A stretch of DNA of 64,000 nucleotides. Source: Camelus dromedarius (lineage: Eukaryota). Numbering within the stretch: the first letter of the stretch is position 1; each line of letters opens with the position of its first letter. The notes under the pieces were generated by a model. That model was not told the DNA's origin and did no database searches. It saw nothing but the letters and a program-made list of their open reading frames with translations. The stretch is from positions 16,120,001 to 16,184,000 of the forward strand of contig NC_087472.1 in NCBI RefSeq assembly GCF_036321535.1, given 5' to 3'. The position numbers were made by a program, and so were the translations under genes. Shown here piece after piece: positions 37,565 through 51,243 of the stretch.

Positions 37565-38012
37565 CTCTAGACCCTAACTGATTCTGATCTTGAAGGAAGA
37601 GCAGAATATTGGTTAGTTGTGGGGAGAAGGGAAGCTATTTCACGATGGAATTTGCAGGGACAAATGTTTATTGTTTGGGTGTGGTACAATGCTCTACAAA
37701 GAGGGCATCTTTAAACCTCTGGTTTTCTGCAGTGCTCTCAATTTTATAAGCATATCCAGAAAGAATGTAGGGTATTCTAAAAAGATTTCTACAACCATGT
37801 AAAGTGAAATTTTAAAATAAGGTACAAGAAAAGGGACAAAGTTGTTTCAATGACTGTTAATGCATAATTAAATATTTCCCCACATTTAAATTTAGAAAAT
37901 ACTTTTTTTAGGCAGTGACCTAATTGATTTAGAAAATATGATCACTATAACTGAAGAAATAATTTATTATAAATATTGATAATAATAACCTAAAGTTCAC
38001 ATCTTGCACTAA

Positions 38013-38240
38013 TATTTATTTGTTCATTTAACCAATATTTTCGAGCACCTGTTGTGTGTCAGGCACCCTTCTAGGCATTTGGGATCCATCAATAACCTAA
38101 CAAAGATCCCTGGCATGCAAAAGCTCATATCCTAGTGGGTGGAAATAGAAAGCAAACAATAAACATCATGAATTAGTAAATATATGGAATATTGGGGAGT
38201 AATAAATTCCATGAAAAAATAGAGCAAAGTAAGGGATATG
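38013..38240 (-). mobile_element. L2 3' end
   Basis: atttatttgttcatttaaccaatattttcgagcacctgttgtgtgtcaggcac.... Confidence 0.75.
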
Positions 38241-38536
38241 CCCAGTCCTTGGTGGTAAAGTTAGCGGTTTGGGCAGGCAGGGAGGTTGGACATGTTCTCT
38301 TGGATCCTTACAGAGGGTCAAATCCTTATTTTATAGGTGTACAAAATAAAGCCCAGATTGGCCACAATTCATTTATACATACACACTTATAACATGTGTT
38401 GGTAAGGATGTGGCAGGCAGGATACTCTCGTACAATACTCACGGCACTGTCCTACTGGAGGGCAATATGGCAGCATCTACCGCCATTGGTCATAGCAATT
38501 CCACTTCCGGATTTCTGTATCAGTCAAGATAGGCTG

Positions 38537-40348
38537 TTTTGTTTTTTTTTAATTGGAGTATAGTTGATTTACCTTGTTGTGTTAGTTTCTGATGTACAGC
38601 ATAGTGATTCAGTTATACATATATATGTTCTTTTCATATTCTTTTTCATTATAGATTATTACATGATACTGAATATAGTTCTCTGTGCTATACAGTAGAA
38701 ACTTGCTGTTTATCTATTTTATATTTAGTAGTTAGTATCTGCTAATCTCAAACTCTCACTAATCTCAAACTCTTATTAATTTATCCCTCCACCCTCCTCT
38801 TTCCCCTTTGGTAACCATAAGTTTGATTTCTATGTCTGTGAGTCTGTTTCTGTTTTGTAAATAAGTTAATTTGTCTTTTTTAAAGATTGCACATATAAGT
38901 AATAGCATATGGTAATTTTCTTTCTCTTTCTGGCTTACTTCACTTAGAATGACAATCTCCAAGTCCATCCATGTTGCTACAAATGGCATTATTTTATTCT
39001 TCTTTATAGCTTAGTAGTATTCCATTGTATAAATATACTATAGCTTCTTTATGCAATATGTACATGTGTCCATGTCTTTATGTGTCCATGTACATTTAGG
39101 TTGTTTTCATGTTTTGGCTGTTTTATATAGTGCTGTGATGAACATTGGGGTACATGTATCTTTTCAAATTAGAATTCCCTCTGGATATATGCCCAGAGTG
39201 GGATTGCTGGATCATAGAGTAACTCTATTTTTAGTTTTTTTGAGGAATCACCATACTGTTTTCCAAAACGACTGCACCAAACTACATTCCCACCAACAGT
39301 GTAGGAGGGTTCCCTTTTCTCCACACCCTCTCCAGCATTTATCATTTGTGGNNNNNNNNNNNNNNNNNNNNNNNNNNNNNNNNNNNNNNNNNNNNNNNNN
39401 NNNNNNNNNNNNNNNNNNNNNNNNNNNNNNNNNNNNNNNNNNNNNNNNNNNNNNNNNNNNNNNNNNNNNNNNNNNNNNNNNNNNNNNNNNNNNNNNTAGG
39501 TCTTCTGCCCATTTTTGGATTGGGCTGTTTGTTTTTTTGTTATTATGTTGTACGAGCTGTTTATGTATTCTTGACTTTAAACCTTTGTCAGTCACATCGT
39601 TTGCAAATATTTTCTCCAATTCCATAGGTTGTATTTTTGTTTTGCTTATCGTTTCCTTTGCTGTGCAAAAGCTTTTAAGTTTAATTAGGTCCCATTTGTT
39701 TATTTTGCTCTTATTTCTATTGCCTGGCTAGACTGCCCTAGGAGGATTTTGTTAAGATTTATGTCAGAGAATGTTTTGCCTGTGTTTTCTTCTAGGAGAT
39801 TTATAGTTTCATGTCTTATATTTAAGTCTTTAAGCCATTTTGAGTTTATTTTTGTGTGTGGTGTGAGGGAGTGTTCCAACTTCATTGATTTACACGTGGC
39901 TATGCAGTTTTCCCAACACCACTTGCTGAAGAGACTGTCTTTACTTCATTGTATGTTCTTGCCTCCTTTGTCAAAGATTAATTGACCATAAGTCTGCGGG
40001 TTTATTTCTGAGCTCTCTGGTTCTGTTCCATTGATCCATATGTCTGTTTTTGTACCAATACCATGCTGTCTTGATTACTGTAGCTTTGCAGTATTGTCTG
40101 AAGTCTGGGAGGGTTATTCCTCCAGCTTTGTTCTTTTTCTTTGGTATTGCTTTGGCAATTCTGGATCTTTTGTGATTCTATATAAATTTTAGGATTATTT
40201 GTTCTAGTTCTGTGAAAAATGCCCTGGGTAATTTGATAGGGATCACATTAAATGTGTAGATTGCTTTGTGTATTATGGCCATTTTAACAAAAGTAATTCT
40301 TCCAATCCAAGAGCATGGGGTATCTTTCCATTTCTTTAAGTCATCTTC
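38537..40348 (-). mobile_element. 5'-truncated L1 (ORF2 3' part and 3'UTR)
   Basis: ORF2 peptides [26 protein letters not shown] and KCWRGCGEKGTLLHCWWEC. Frameshifted, with a T-rich tail. Confidence 0.95.
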
Positions 40349-42010
40349 CAATGGTCTTATTGATTCTTAGGCTGGGATAAGTCACAGTATTATGATTCAT
40401 TCACTCATCTTAAACTCATCTTTAGGGAAGGGAAGCATCTGAGTCCCTAATGCTTCAGTGGTGACCTGAGATATTCCTCCGGTTACTTTCTTTCCCCTTA
40501 AGTGCTGAATCACACCTCTAGGCATGGGTGGGATGTCTGGGAGTGTCGGGCTGATATAGAAAGAAAGACGTAGTGTCCTAGACAGGATTGACTTGAACCT
40601 GATTTTGAATTCTCAAAATTCTCCAGGGTGGCTGGCTGTGTAGGGTAACTCAGTCTGCTCCTGGGGGCTTGGCTCAGCCTAGCGTCAGGCTGCAGGCTTT
40701 ATGATGTGGATTCCAGCTTGCTCTCAATGTGATCCCACTGTATAGACTATATTAATAACCTTGGTGCAAGCGCTGTAGACATGGAAAGTGAAATCCAATC
40801 CCTGCCCAGGAGATTCCAATCCTCAAGGCATAAGGGCCAAGCCATCCATCGAACTGCAAAAGACTTACAATGGAGGCAGCTGACTCAGGCCTGGACTTGA
40901 CTCGAAATTCACTGAATACCGGAGAGGAAGCCTGCTCTGCACAGCACTCAGGTTACAGAGATAAAAGAGCAGCCTGCAACTCTGACCAGAGCCTTTGTAG
41001 TGGACTTTTGAGAAGGAGGGGCAGGAAAAAGACCTGGTCAGAGCACTCTATTTCTTTGGCTTTTGGAGACTCCTTACGTTGTTTTACATGAAGAATGGTC
41101 TGTAAATATTCCTAAGAGGGGCCCTGCCTTGTCATTTCAGATCAGTTTCAGGGGTATTGGGTGGGGGCACAATTTAGCCTGAATCTCCTACTCTCTATTT
41201 TCTATCTAAATATTAGGCTACAAACTCTAGTGTATAATAAAGCACAAAGAAGGCTTCGAGAATGAAGTGACATCTTTATAGTGAATTGTTTATATCATAC
41301 TAATTCTCTGTCATTTGATGAAATCTGACTATATCAACTATCCAGTTTTTGATGAAATTAGTGATAAATAAAATATTTTTTCAGTTGATATCCAACACAA
41401 AACGTCTGTTTAGGATGTCATGGTGGAGCATCTAATGCAGATGATAAATCACATCGAGCCACGTTTCCAGTTGCAGCCAACAAAGAAAATAGCCTGTCCT
41501 GCATTCTGGGCTTGCATCATCCTGGCAAATTATTGTCGTTGTTGTCATTGTTGATAGTTTGCTACTGCCACAGCATCTTAGCATCTCAGCTGGCATAAGA
41601 TGTGTCCTTGATAAGAGAGCCAGAAACTGTTCATTTGGCAAGTCAGTATCTGGCTCTCTTCCAGAAGACTCTGGGACACCAAATGTCAGTTTCTGCTCTG
41701 ACTTGCTACCAAACCGCTGGCGCGATCTGGAACTACAAGCAACATTTAGGGTGAAATGTGGAGAGTCTTTTGTTTTACCTAAACTATGTCGGTCCTGCTC
41801 GCTTTTTTCCCTGTGAAAAGCAGCTTATTGGCTTGGTCTGAAAAATCAACTATTTGTTCTCTAATGGGGCTAGGGAAGTTGACTCAGATAGTACTGTCCT
41901 TATGTGGCCACATACTGCTCTCTTGATGAAAGACGCCACAACGTCACCCTCCTGGTGCCACAGATGGAGGGTGGGATTGTGGTTGAGGAAAGCTAGGATA
42001 CTCTTTTATA

Positions 42011-42185
42011 TGATTCTTTTCACTTATTTTTTCTTGATTTTTAAATTTTTATTTTATTTTTGTGTGTGTGGGGTAATTAGGTTTATTTGTTTGTCTGTTT
42101 ATGTATTTAATGGAGGTACTGGGGATTGAACCCAGGACCTCGTGCATGCTAAGCATGTGCTCTACCACTGAGCTATACCCTCCCC
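42011..42185 (-). mobile_element. Camelid tRNA-derived SINE
   Basis: Reverse reads ggggagggtatagctcagtggtagagcacatgcttagcatgcacgaggtcctgggttcaatccccagtacctcca...cctaattacccc. Flanking TSD-like taggatac. Confidence 0.95.
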
Positions 42186-43174
42186 ATTAGGATACATTTT
42201 ATACAACCTCATTGACAAGGAAAGGATTGGGTCACTGGCTCAACGAAAGGTGATCAAAACAGTTTCTATCAGCAAAAATTTATCTTTCTGGGACACAGAG
42301 CAAAAGGAGGGGAGAGTGGATTGATTTTTTTTCCAGGTCGCTCCGTTGTTTTCTAGGAAACCTCTGACCATTCCAGCCCACTATGGTGCATCCTCAGAGT
42401 TTTCCCTGCATTCGGGCCCTTGCCACAGACCAGTCAGACATCTGCTCTCCTTGGGTTCATATGTGTTGGCTGTATTTCCTTACATAAATGTTAAGTTCCC
42501 TGAGAACATGGACCAGTCTCTGTTGAAGATATTGGGGTACCCGATAGGATATAGTTAGTGGAAAGAAAACATTTTAAAACCACAAATTGTCAAGTAAGGG
42601 GGAAACGAGCATCTCTCGAGCACCTACTCTGTGCCAAATCCTTTGTGAGGTGCCCTGGCACCACCTCGTATTGGCATGTGTGCTTGGGTGGATTAAGGGA
42701 GCAGGTCGGCACTGCCCACAAGCTGTGTGCCCCTGACCAAGTTCCTTCAGCTCTCAGAGATGCCACTGCCTTATATATGCAGTGAGGATGATAACAGCCT
42801 CCTTCCTGAGTTGTTGTGAGGGTCCAGTCAATGTTTGTGAAAGTATGTGGTAAACTGAGAAGCCTTAGACCAAATATTCTTGTTACTGGGCACTATAGAG
42901 AAGTTTTATAAGTGAAGAAGCCGAGGTCCCGGCCTTCCAGAAGGTTATTGCTTACTAGAATGGACGAAATTGCTTATGACACTTTAAAAAAATAATAACA
43001 TCAGATAATGTGGGTAACGTCCCAAGGTTGTTAAATAAAATATTTTTATTTAACAAGGTTGTGGAAGTGCTGAGTTATCCAGTTAGCAGTGTCTCCATCT
43101 CTGCTTCTCTCTTTTCTAAAATTCAAGCTCTGGCCCCTACCCTCTACCTCCTTTAGTGCCCTCAGAGCATGTGT

Positions 43175-43202
43175 ACACACACACACACACACACACACAC
43201 AC
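43175..43202. repeat. (AC)14 microsatellite
   Basis: Read directly from the sequence. Confidence 0.9.
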
Positions 43203-44574
43203 CCACCATGATCTCTCTCTGCCCAGCTCTCCTGGCTAGGATAAGGACTATCTAAGTCTCTTGATGTTCCATTTGGGGATAGGCTGTCTCACACTCTTCA
43301 GTTCACACCCAGACACCCTGGAGCTGGCTGAGGCTCACTGGGGCATCAGAGTTGCTACAGGCTTTGAAGTTTGACAGATTTGGGTTCAAGCCCCAGCTCC
43401 AGCACTTCCTAGCCTTGTAGCTGGAGCTCTGAACCCCAGTTTCCTCACCTGTAAAATAAGTACAACAGAAGTAATTGCCTCATTGGGTTGCTGAGGTTGT
43501 CATGTGTTCAGCGAAGGGCTTGACATAATATAGGAGTTGAGTACAGGCGCTATTACTGGCAGAGGATGCTAAGCATTCTGGAGTCAACTGACAGGAGACA
43601 TCACCATGGCCAGATATCCCTGACCATTGTGCAGAGCCCTGGAGCTGGTATCCTTGATAACACATCGCCCTCCCTTCAACCACCCCCAGTTACAATTCTA
43701 ACCCTTCATTCAGTCCTACCAACTGCATTCTGTCTCTTCTCTTTGGGGATTTGAATATTGTCTTCAGCTTTGGCTAAATCTTTCATAAGATGGTACCCAC
43801 CGAGGCAACTCTCTTCAGTGAAGATTGATGTTCAATGTGTCTTTTACCAAGTTTATTTCCCCCTTTTGCTCTAATGTTGTAGCTTTCTGTATTCTCATGC
43901 CATTTAGTGAAAGGTGGATTTTGAAAATATGTACCTTTATTTTCTGGGTTTTGCTCTCAAGCCCAGGTAAGCCTAGTCTGGCTCTCTCTTACTAAAAATT
44001 AACTTTCACTTAGTCTGTGACATGTCTGATTTCTCTAAACTAATTTTCTCTTTTCCTGGGTTGTTCTTATAAAACATTCCCCTTCAAGCCTATTTAAGTG
44101 ATGAAGAAATCCTTTTCCTGGGAGCAACTTTGGCCTCGAGGCTGGCTTCCTCTGAATCCTTTGCATTGCTCTGAGATATAATTTTCAGCTTTTGTATTTT
44201 ATTATTCAAAACTAGGACTCTCAGGGAAACCGGTCAGGAGATAGACAATGGGCGTGCTCCTCTCTTGCAAAGACCCCAGAGTAGGAAAACAAGTGGGAGG
44301 AAGTGGGCCAGGCGAGGCCATTCTTGTTTTTGTTATTATCATTATTAAAACCTACCTAGGGCTTTTGTGTCAGCTGGAGGTCAGTTCTCAACACTTTTCC
44401 CCAGCCCTTCTGTTTTGACCTTACCTTCCAAGTCAGTAGAAGCTCAGACGGCTTATTGTCAAGTTTTTCTCTTACCCACGTGATCTAAGAAAGTTTGCTC
44501 TTAATATTTAAGTCCGTCTTTTGCTCTTCTGACTCAGCTACTAGCGGGAGAGTTATCTCTGATAGTGCATTTTT

Positions 44575-44715
44575 CTCTTTCTTTTTTTTCTTTTTGGTGG
44601 GGGTAATTAGGTTTGTTTGTTTGTTTGTTTATTTTCAGCAGAGGTGCTGGGGATTGAACCCAGGACCTTGTGCATGCTAACCCTGCACTCTACCACTTGA
44701 GCTATACCCTCCCCC
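44575..44715 (-). mobile_element. Camelid tRNA-derived SINE
   Basis: Same family as the 42-kb copy. TSD-like tagtgcattttt / tagtgtattttt. Confidence 0.93.
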
Positions 44716-47700
44716 TAGTAGTGTATTTTTGCCCACACGAAGCCTAGAGAGAGTGGTGTCCCTCCCCAGCTCTTCTCCGTAGCTGGCAGAGCTTAGATCA
44801 CAGAAAACTCCTGCTGGGATGGGCCTTCAGGGTCATCTAATGTGGTGCCTCGGTTTACCAAAGTGAGCAACTACATCTCAGAGACGTCAAGAGACTAGCC
44901 CAGGGTCACACAATGAGCTCGAGACAGAACTGAGACTCAAACATTGTTTTCTTGGCATCCCGTTTGGCCCTCTTTCTACTCTGCCACCATGAACTGGTGT
45001 TGCTGGCCCAGCTCTGGCTCATACAGGATGAATACAGAACTGGTTTTCAGTCTGACTTCTATGGTTTGACCAGCTAATTAACTTTTGAAGTGAGTGGAGT
45101 TGAAAATTACTGTCAGTAGTTTCGAATGGGGCTGGCCCTGTAAGTTCTCCACTGAGTTATAACTCTCATCTCTGCTCCATCTCAGCTCCCCAAGCCTCTC
45201 CTCCACCACTCTGTTACACATGTTGCTGGGTGTCTCACTGTGGGGTCATTCCTCCTCTTCTGTCGATGGCTCCTGCGAGGGGTCACGTGGACATGACGCA
45301 GGCTTCTGTATGATTAAATGGACGCAGAGGCATTCCTCCTCCAGGGAGGTGGAGCGGGAGGGTGAAAAAATACAGCAGGTAAAGAAACGGGATGGGGCCA
45401 AAGCCAGCCACCTGTCACTAAATACGCCAATGTCAATATTGTGGGAAACACAACAAAGAGCTGAAACCAAAGATATTCAGAGTCGAAAGGGAAGAGAAAT
45501 GAAGATTTACTCAAAGTCTGCTTTTCCAGGAACCAGACTGAGTGCTCCCCATAGATTATTTTAGCTAATTCGTGTAATAGCCTAGTGAGATTTTTTACAG
45601 CCCCATTTTCATGGATGAGAAAACTGAGGCTCCAAGAGGGTTCAGAGTCTTGATTAAATCCCAGAGCAATGTGCTCTCCAAACCTGTGCTCTTTTTTTTT
45701 TAATTAAAAGCTCATTTGAGATTGAATTGTTTACCCCTAAGCCAGCTTTTTGAAGGTACCTGGTCAGGCTATTTTACAAGAGTGGAGACTGAGGCCCAAA
45801 AAGGTGAAGTGACGGTCACAGGAGCAGAGTCCGGCCTGCGAGAAGTGGGGGCGTCACTGACGGGGAAATGGTAGGCATCCCCCAGCAGGAGAAGGGCAGT
45901 CACGGGCTGCATGTTCAGAGTCAGCCACGAACCACGTTCTTCTGCTGGTCTTGCCTCCGGAGCACGCCCTCGTTCAGCACACACATCACCCCTGCATCTT
46001 CCTCCTCTTTTAATTCCTTCAGCCCCAATTTTAAAGGCTAAACAAATAAAATTCAGTGCTTTGTGTGAGGCGGGGAAGAGACAACAGCTGAGAGCATATA
46101 ACACACCCAGCCTGTTTAGGATATTAAAGCTCGAATCTCAGAGCAGCGCTTTCATTAAGCACTGCTGCTCATTCAGTTTGGGGAGATGCATCAGAACAGC
46201 CACAGAGTGACACAATAGTTTGCATGCCTTCAATCTTTGTGACAAAAATCATCTATCATTGAGAGTATGAGCTTTTTGTTTTTATTTTTTAAATTAGTGA
46301 CAGCTGGAAAGAGCAGTGTGGCAAATGCTCAGGATAAGGGGAAAACATCTTTTCTTAGGGTTTTCCGCCCTGAATAAAGAGTGCCAGCACGTTCTTTGAT
46401 ATCAAGTTTTCACTGTCTCTGTTCCAATTTGAACAGGGACCCTGCTGTTACCCCTGTCACATAGGCTCAGAACAAGTTCAGGTGCTGATGGCCTGGTGGG
46501 TCCCAACCATGGGAGTGTCACAGAAAGCAGGGAGGACCAGGCTCTCCCCTGCAGCCAGGTGCTGAGGGTCTGGCAGCATGTTGGCCCTTGAGAAAGACAA
46601 GATAGCGCGTGGCTTACAACGTTAGAGTAGGGAAACGTCTTTTGAATCACAACGTCGACTTTCCCTTCTTACAAAGAGGGATGCTGAGCCCAAGACCAAC
46701 AGGCATCTTCCTCACAGTCATACAGGGTCTCATTAGTGGCTGTCAAGACAAGAACCCAGGTCTCTGGACTCTCAGGCCGGTGCTCTCTCAACCATCTCCT
46801 GCTGTTTTCCCAGACTCCAGCAACCAGATGCAAACTTCTGCTTAGTATGCAAGCCAGGCTGACCCGAATGCTCCCAGAATCGTCAACCTTTTGTGAGAAC
46901 CGTGGCAGGACAAGGTTCTGGAAAAATAATGAAAAGCACAGCACACTGTGGAGACAACCAGAAGCCCTGATCAGACTGCAGAGTCCTCCTCACCTTCCAA
47001 ATGCTGCATCCCAAATATATACACATGCAGCAACTCAGGTTACCCTAGGAGATCAGGAGACGCAAAGCCACAGACCTGACAATTCAGCCGGTTCACTTCC
47101 TCTTTTGTCCCCAGCCCCAATCTCCAAAATAGGTCTGATTTCTAGAGCCTCTGGATCTTTGTGATTCAGTTCCTGAGAGGAACCAGTTCCTGGAAGAGGG
47201 GCCCAGCCCAGAACTGCAAGAGGCCTTGGCATGTCCTGCCAAGGCCCAGGACTGGCCTCAGGACTACGTGGCTCCTGGGACACATGCAGGAAGAGTTCCC
47301 TCTTCTTAGCAGGGAGCCTCTCCACCCAAGGAAGAATCCCCCGAGACTTGTGGGCTCCCCTGCTCCCCACCAAAGACAGTTTTTCCACTTTTAGGAATCC
47401 TGATGTATGAAATACACCATGAGAGATTCATTTACTTGTTTTTCTTACAGCGTAAGAAGGGGGGAGGAAAGGCTTATAAATGCAAATATCCTCCAGTGAG
47501 CTGGTGTACGTACTCACACTAGATTGGTAGTGACCTATTCGATCTCAGAAACTGAACTTTACAGCTCCATCCTGTTCCTTCCTGTCGCAGAGCAAAACCA
47601 CCCATGTGACTGCCCCTCTCTTTGAGAGCCAGACTGTGAGTGTGTGCCTGTGTTTCTCTTCCTGACCTAAATGAATAAGTCCTGATTTTTCCCTGTTCTG

Positions 47701-49443
47701 GTTACCACTGTCCCATCCCCCTGCAAGGCAATTTCCATATTCCAATCCCACTAATCTCTCTTAGAGTAGGAACTCCAGAGTTGGTTGCTGGGGGCATGAA
47801 TGTGTGACCCACCGTTACAGAAGTGTTTTCCCAGGGACCCACTGAAGGTCATTATGATGGTGTAATGGCGGTGGGGAGGAGTGTCCTCAGATGGCACCAT
47901 GAGAGCCACCTACTGGACGTTGACTGGATGGCCCAAGTGAAGGGAGGGACTGCTGACCAGCTGAGCTCCTGAGCCACCCCCCTGGCTTCCCACATCCATG
48001 GCTCGCAGACATGTCCAAGAGGGGAGCTCTTGGGAATGCTAGGAGGTCTATACCTCGTAAGTTGCTGCATCTGGCTCCTTAGTACAAGTTCATCAGTCAG
48101 AGTCTCCCTCCCCAGGAGCCTCCCGACAGGTAAAATGCCTGAAATTCAGGGTTCTCAAGAACCCCTCATGCCTGCAGCCAGACAAAGGGTCTCTTACTGT
48201 CTCTGGTAGGTTCTAGGGCACATGGAAGTTCAACTAGGACTGGGGAAGTCTGGAGGGAGATAAGGGCAAGGGGCACAGCTGTGAAATCGCCGGAGAAGGG
48301 CCGCTGCCTTAATTGGCCCAAGACTCAGCCGGCACATCAGAGCTTAGAGCAGCAGGTAAACACAGCCTCACATTTGGAGTTGTCCAAAGGCCATCCTCAC
48401 AGTGATCCAGATGGTAAAAAAGGAGGAATTCATCCCACTTTACAGAAAACGAAACTGCTGTTTCAATGCACAGAGAGGACAGAAGAGGGATGGAGCAGAG
48501 CTCAGCGAGGGACGAAATGTTCTGAGGGAGACACTGGGAGGGACTTGATCCCACCCCAGGACTCAGCTCGCTGGCCCCCAAGCCCCCAACATTGCTGTTC
48601 TGAAACACTGCTGCCACCCCCTGCCCCTTACACAGCGATGGGACTGGACAGAGTGGGCACTCATTCACGGAAATACCAGCTGCCAATATACAGCGAGCTC
48701 CACCCAATCAATCGGATGGGAACAGTCTGAGTCCTAAGTCCTGAGGACCCTGTCCTAAAGGGACATTCCTTCTTTCTTTGCTAATTCCTGGCCCTGCAGC
48801 TGGAAAGAATCTTTCGGGCAATGGAGCTCGAGGATGGCCTGCACCTATTTATTAGGAGAGGGCTGTTAGGAAATGGATGGCTTCCTGGGTTCAAGCCCTG
48901 AGGCTCTGCTGTGTGACCTTGGGCACATCACTTCCCCTCTCTGGGCCCCAGTTTCCTGATCACATCACCTTGGGTTAAATGGCCCCAATCTAATGTAGTA
49001 TTTAGTCATGTACCTTTCCTTTAATAAACCTTATTTGAGTGAAGTCTTCCTGTAGGTACCGGGGATTGAGCAAGAAGAGAGAAGTGAGGGCCATTCTCTG
49101 TTCTAAAGAAGCTCATACGCCCATTCTGTAACGTTTTTTGGTCATGCTTTTCCTTCATGCTGACTTACCTTTTCAGAAAATGCCCCCGCTTCCGTTGGAG
49201 AATGGAAATTGGCAAGGAGAGAGGGAAAAGGTCCAATTTGCGCCTTTGCTATTTTAGGGGAGGTTGAAATTACAAGCCAAAGTGGAGTGATGCGCTCACT
49301 GGAGTGACCTCCGTTCCCCCAACACAGGAGACAACTCAGGTCCTCTGCTTGTGAAGTGGTTTGAGCTCTTAGGCGTGAGGCATTATTACATAAATTCAAG
49401 CTCGCTCCTGATCCTTAGTACCCTGAGTTGCCTGAAGGGGGGA

Positions 49444-49871
49444 ATGGCACTGCCTGCGTGTGCAGCCCGGGCGCTCGGGCCGCCGTTGCAACCGGAGCGA
49501 GGAGCGCCCGCCCGCACCACCTGTCCCCGCCGGCATTCCAGAGTAGAGGCCGAATTGGCAGCAAGCCGGCCCGGATCAGTCGCCGCCTCAGTCCGCGCGG
49601 GCCCTCCTAGGGGTGTGTCTCGCGGATTCAACTCCCAGACGCTCCTGGACGAGCCCCTAAAGGCTTCTTCCTCTCTGGCGGGAGCCGCGCGCGCCCCTCT
49701 CTTCGCGCTGCTGCCCCGAGGCCGCCGCAGGCGGATGCACGACTTCAGGAGACGCTGGGACCTGGGCTCCCTCTGCCGGGCCCTGCTCACCCGGGGCCTG
49801 GCCGCCCTGGGCCACTCGCTGAAGCACGTGCTCGGCGCTATCTTCTCCAAGATTTTCGGCCCCCTAGCCAG
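49444..49871 (+). CDS. HS6ST2: HS6ST2 first coding exon (long-isoform N-terminus)
   Basis: MALPACAARALGPPLQPERGAPARTTCPRRHSRVEAELAASRPGSVAASVRAGPPRGVS...RRRWDLGSLCRALLTRGLAALGHSLKHVLGAIFSKIFGPLA matches mammalian HS6ST2. Donor AG|GTACG at 49872. Candidate upstream acceptor ccttAG at 49417-49418. Confidence 0.97.
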
Positions 49872-50724
49872 GTACGTTTTAGGCGAAAGCGGGACTCGCG
49901 CTCCCAAGCCGGGGCGCGCGGGACCCGTGCGGGGAGGGAAGGCAGCCGCGCGGGGAGGAAAAGGCGCAAAGTTCCAGCTGGCCCGTGGCAGGCGGGCTCG
50001 GCGGGGGGGGGGGGGGCAGAGGCGCGCAGCGTTTGGCCACGCTGCGGCTCCCTCCGCGCGGTTCCGGGAGCACCGAGAGCGCAGCGTCGCCGCTGGCGAG
50101 CCGGGCTGCCAGCAGACTTCTTCCCTCAGGGGAACTCCGAACGCCCGGCTCCGAGCTCTGTCGAGGCAGCCCCCAAGGTGGGCAACCGGGTGCCGGCAAG
50201 AGGAGGGCTTCGGGGCGCACGGGGAGGGAGCCCGAGAGTCGGGCAGGCGAGGAGGCGGCTGCGTGCGCGCCGAGGGGACTGGGGGCAGACACGCCGGGGA
50301 CAGTCCGGTGGGCGAAGCAGGATGGGAATGGGAGCCACGGAGCCACCGAGAGTGGAACGAGACGCGCGGGGGCTCAGACCCGGGGCGTAAGCTGGGGAGT
50401 GGGGCAGCCAGGACAGGCGGGGTCCCACGGGTACGAAACCCCGCGAAGCGGCTCCGGAGAGCTCCAGCGCGGGGAGAGGGCAGGCGGCCAGCGGGAAGGA
50501 GTCGGGGGGAGGGGGGGGGTGTGTGCGGCAGAAGCCACAGCGCTGAGCCTGCCGGGAAGGAAGGAAGCGGAGAAGGGCGCCGCCGCCGCCGCGGTGGAGT
50601 ACTCGGTGCCGAGGGGAGGGGGAAAGGGGCGCAACGGCGGCGCCAGGGCGAGGGGGCGGTGCGGGCGCACGGCGAGCGCGGGCTGAGCTGCGGGATTGAC
50701 GTAAGGAGCTTGGGTTTCCCCCAG

Positions 50725-51243
50725 CGTCGGGAACATGGATGAGAAATCCAACAAGCTGCTGCTGGCTTTGGNNNNNNNNNNNNNNNNNNNNNNNNNNNNN
50801 NNNNNNNNNNNNNNNNNNNNNNNNNNNNNNNNNNNNNNNNNNNNNNNNNNNNNNNNNNNNNNNNNNNNNNNNNNNNNNNNNNNNNNNNNNNNNNNNNNNN
50901 NNNNNNNNNNNNNNNNNNNNNNNNNNNNNNNNNNNNNNNNNNNNNNNNNNNNNNNNNNNNNNNNNNNNNNNNNNNNNNNNNNNNNNNNNNNNNNNNNNNN
51001 NNNNNNNNNNNNNNNNNNNNNNNGCCGCCACCTGGTGCGCAACATCCAGCTGGAGCAACCGTGCGAATGCCGCGTGGGTCAGAAGAAATGCACTTGCCAC
51101 CGGCCGGGTAAGCGGGAGACCTGGCTCTTCTCCAGGTTCTCCACAGGCTGGAGCTGCGGACTGCACGCCGACTGGACCGAGCTCACCAGCTGCGTGCCCG
51201 CCGTGGTGGACGGCAAGCGCGACGCCAGGCTGAGACCGTCCAG
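50725..51243 (+). CDS. HS6ST2: HS6ST2 second coding exon (TM anchor and start of sulfotransferase domain; 50772-51023 masked)
   Basis: Acceptor tttcccccAG at 50723-50724. The splice restores GPLA-S-VGNMDEKSNKLLLAL. After the mask: RHLVRNIQLEQPCECRVGQKKCTCHRPGKRETWLFSRFSTGWSCGLHADWTELTSC...LRPS. Donor AG|GTAAGT at 51244. Exon lengths 428+519 put Gly at codon 306, as in human. Confidence 0.97.

Noticed and set aside
42111-42185. tRNA gene
   Set aside because: The tRNA-like head is followed by a SINE body, A-rich tail and TSD, and occurs three times in the window. It is a SINE.
49351-50742. 463-aa ORF as a novel long protein
   Set aside because: It is the HS6ST2 first coding exon read through a GC-rich intron. 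Canonical donor (49872) and acceptor (50724) restore the known protein.
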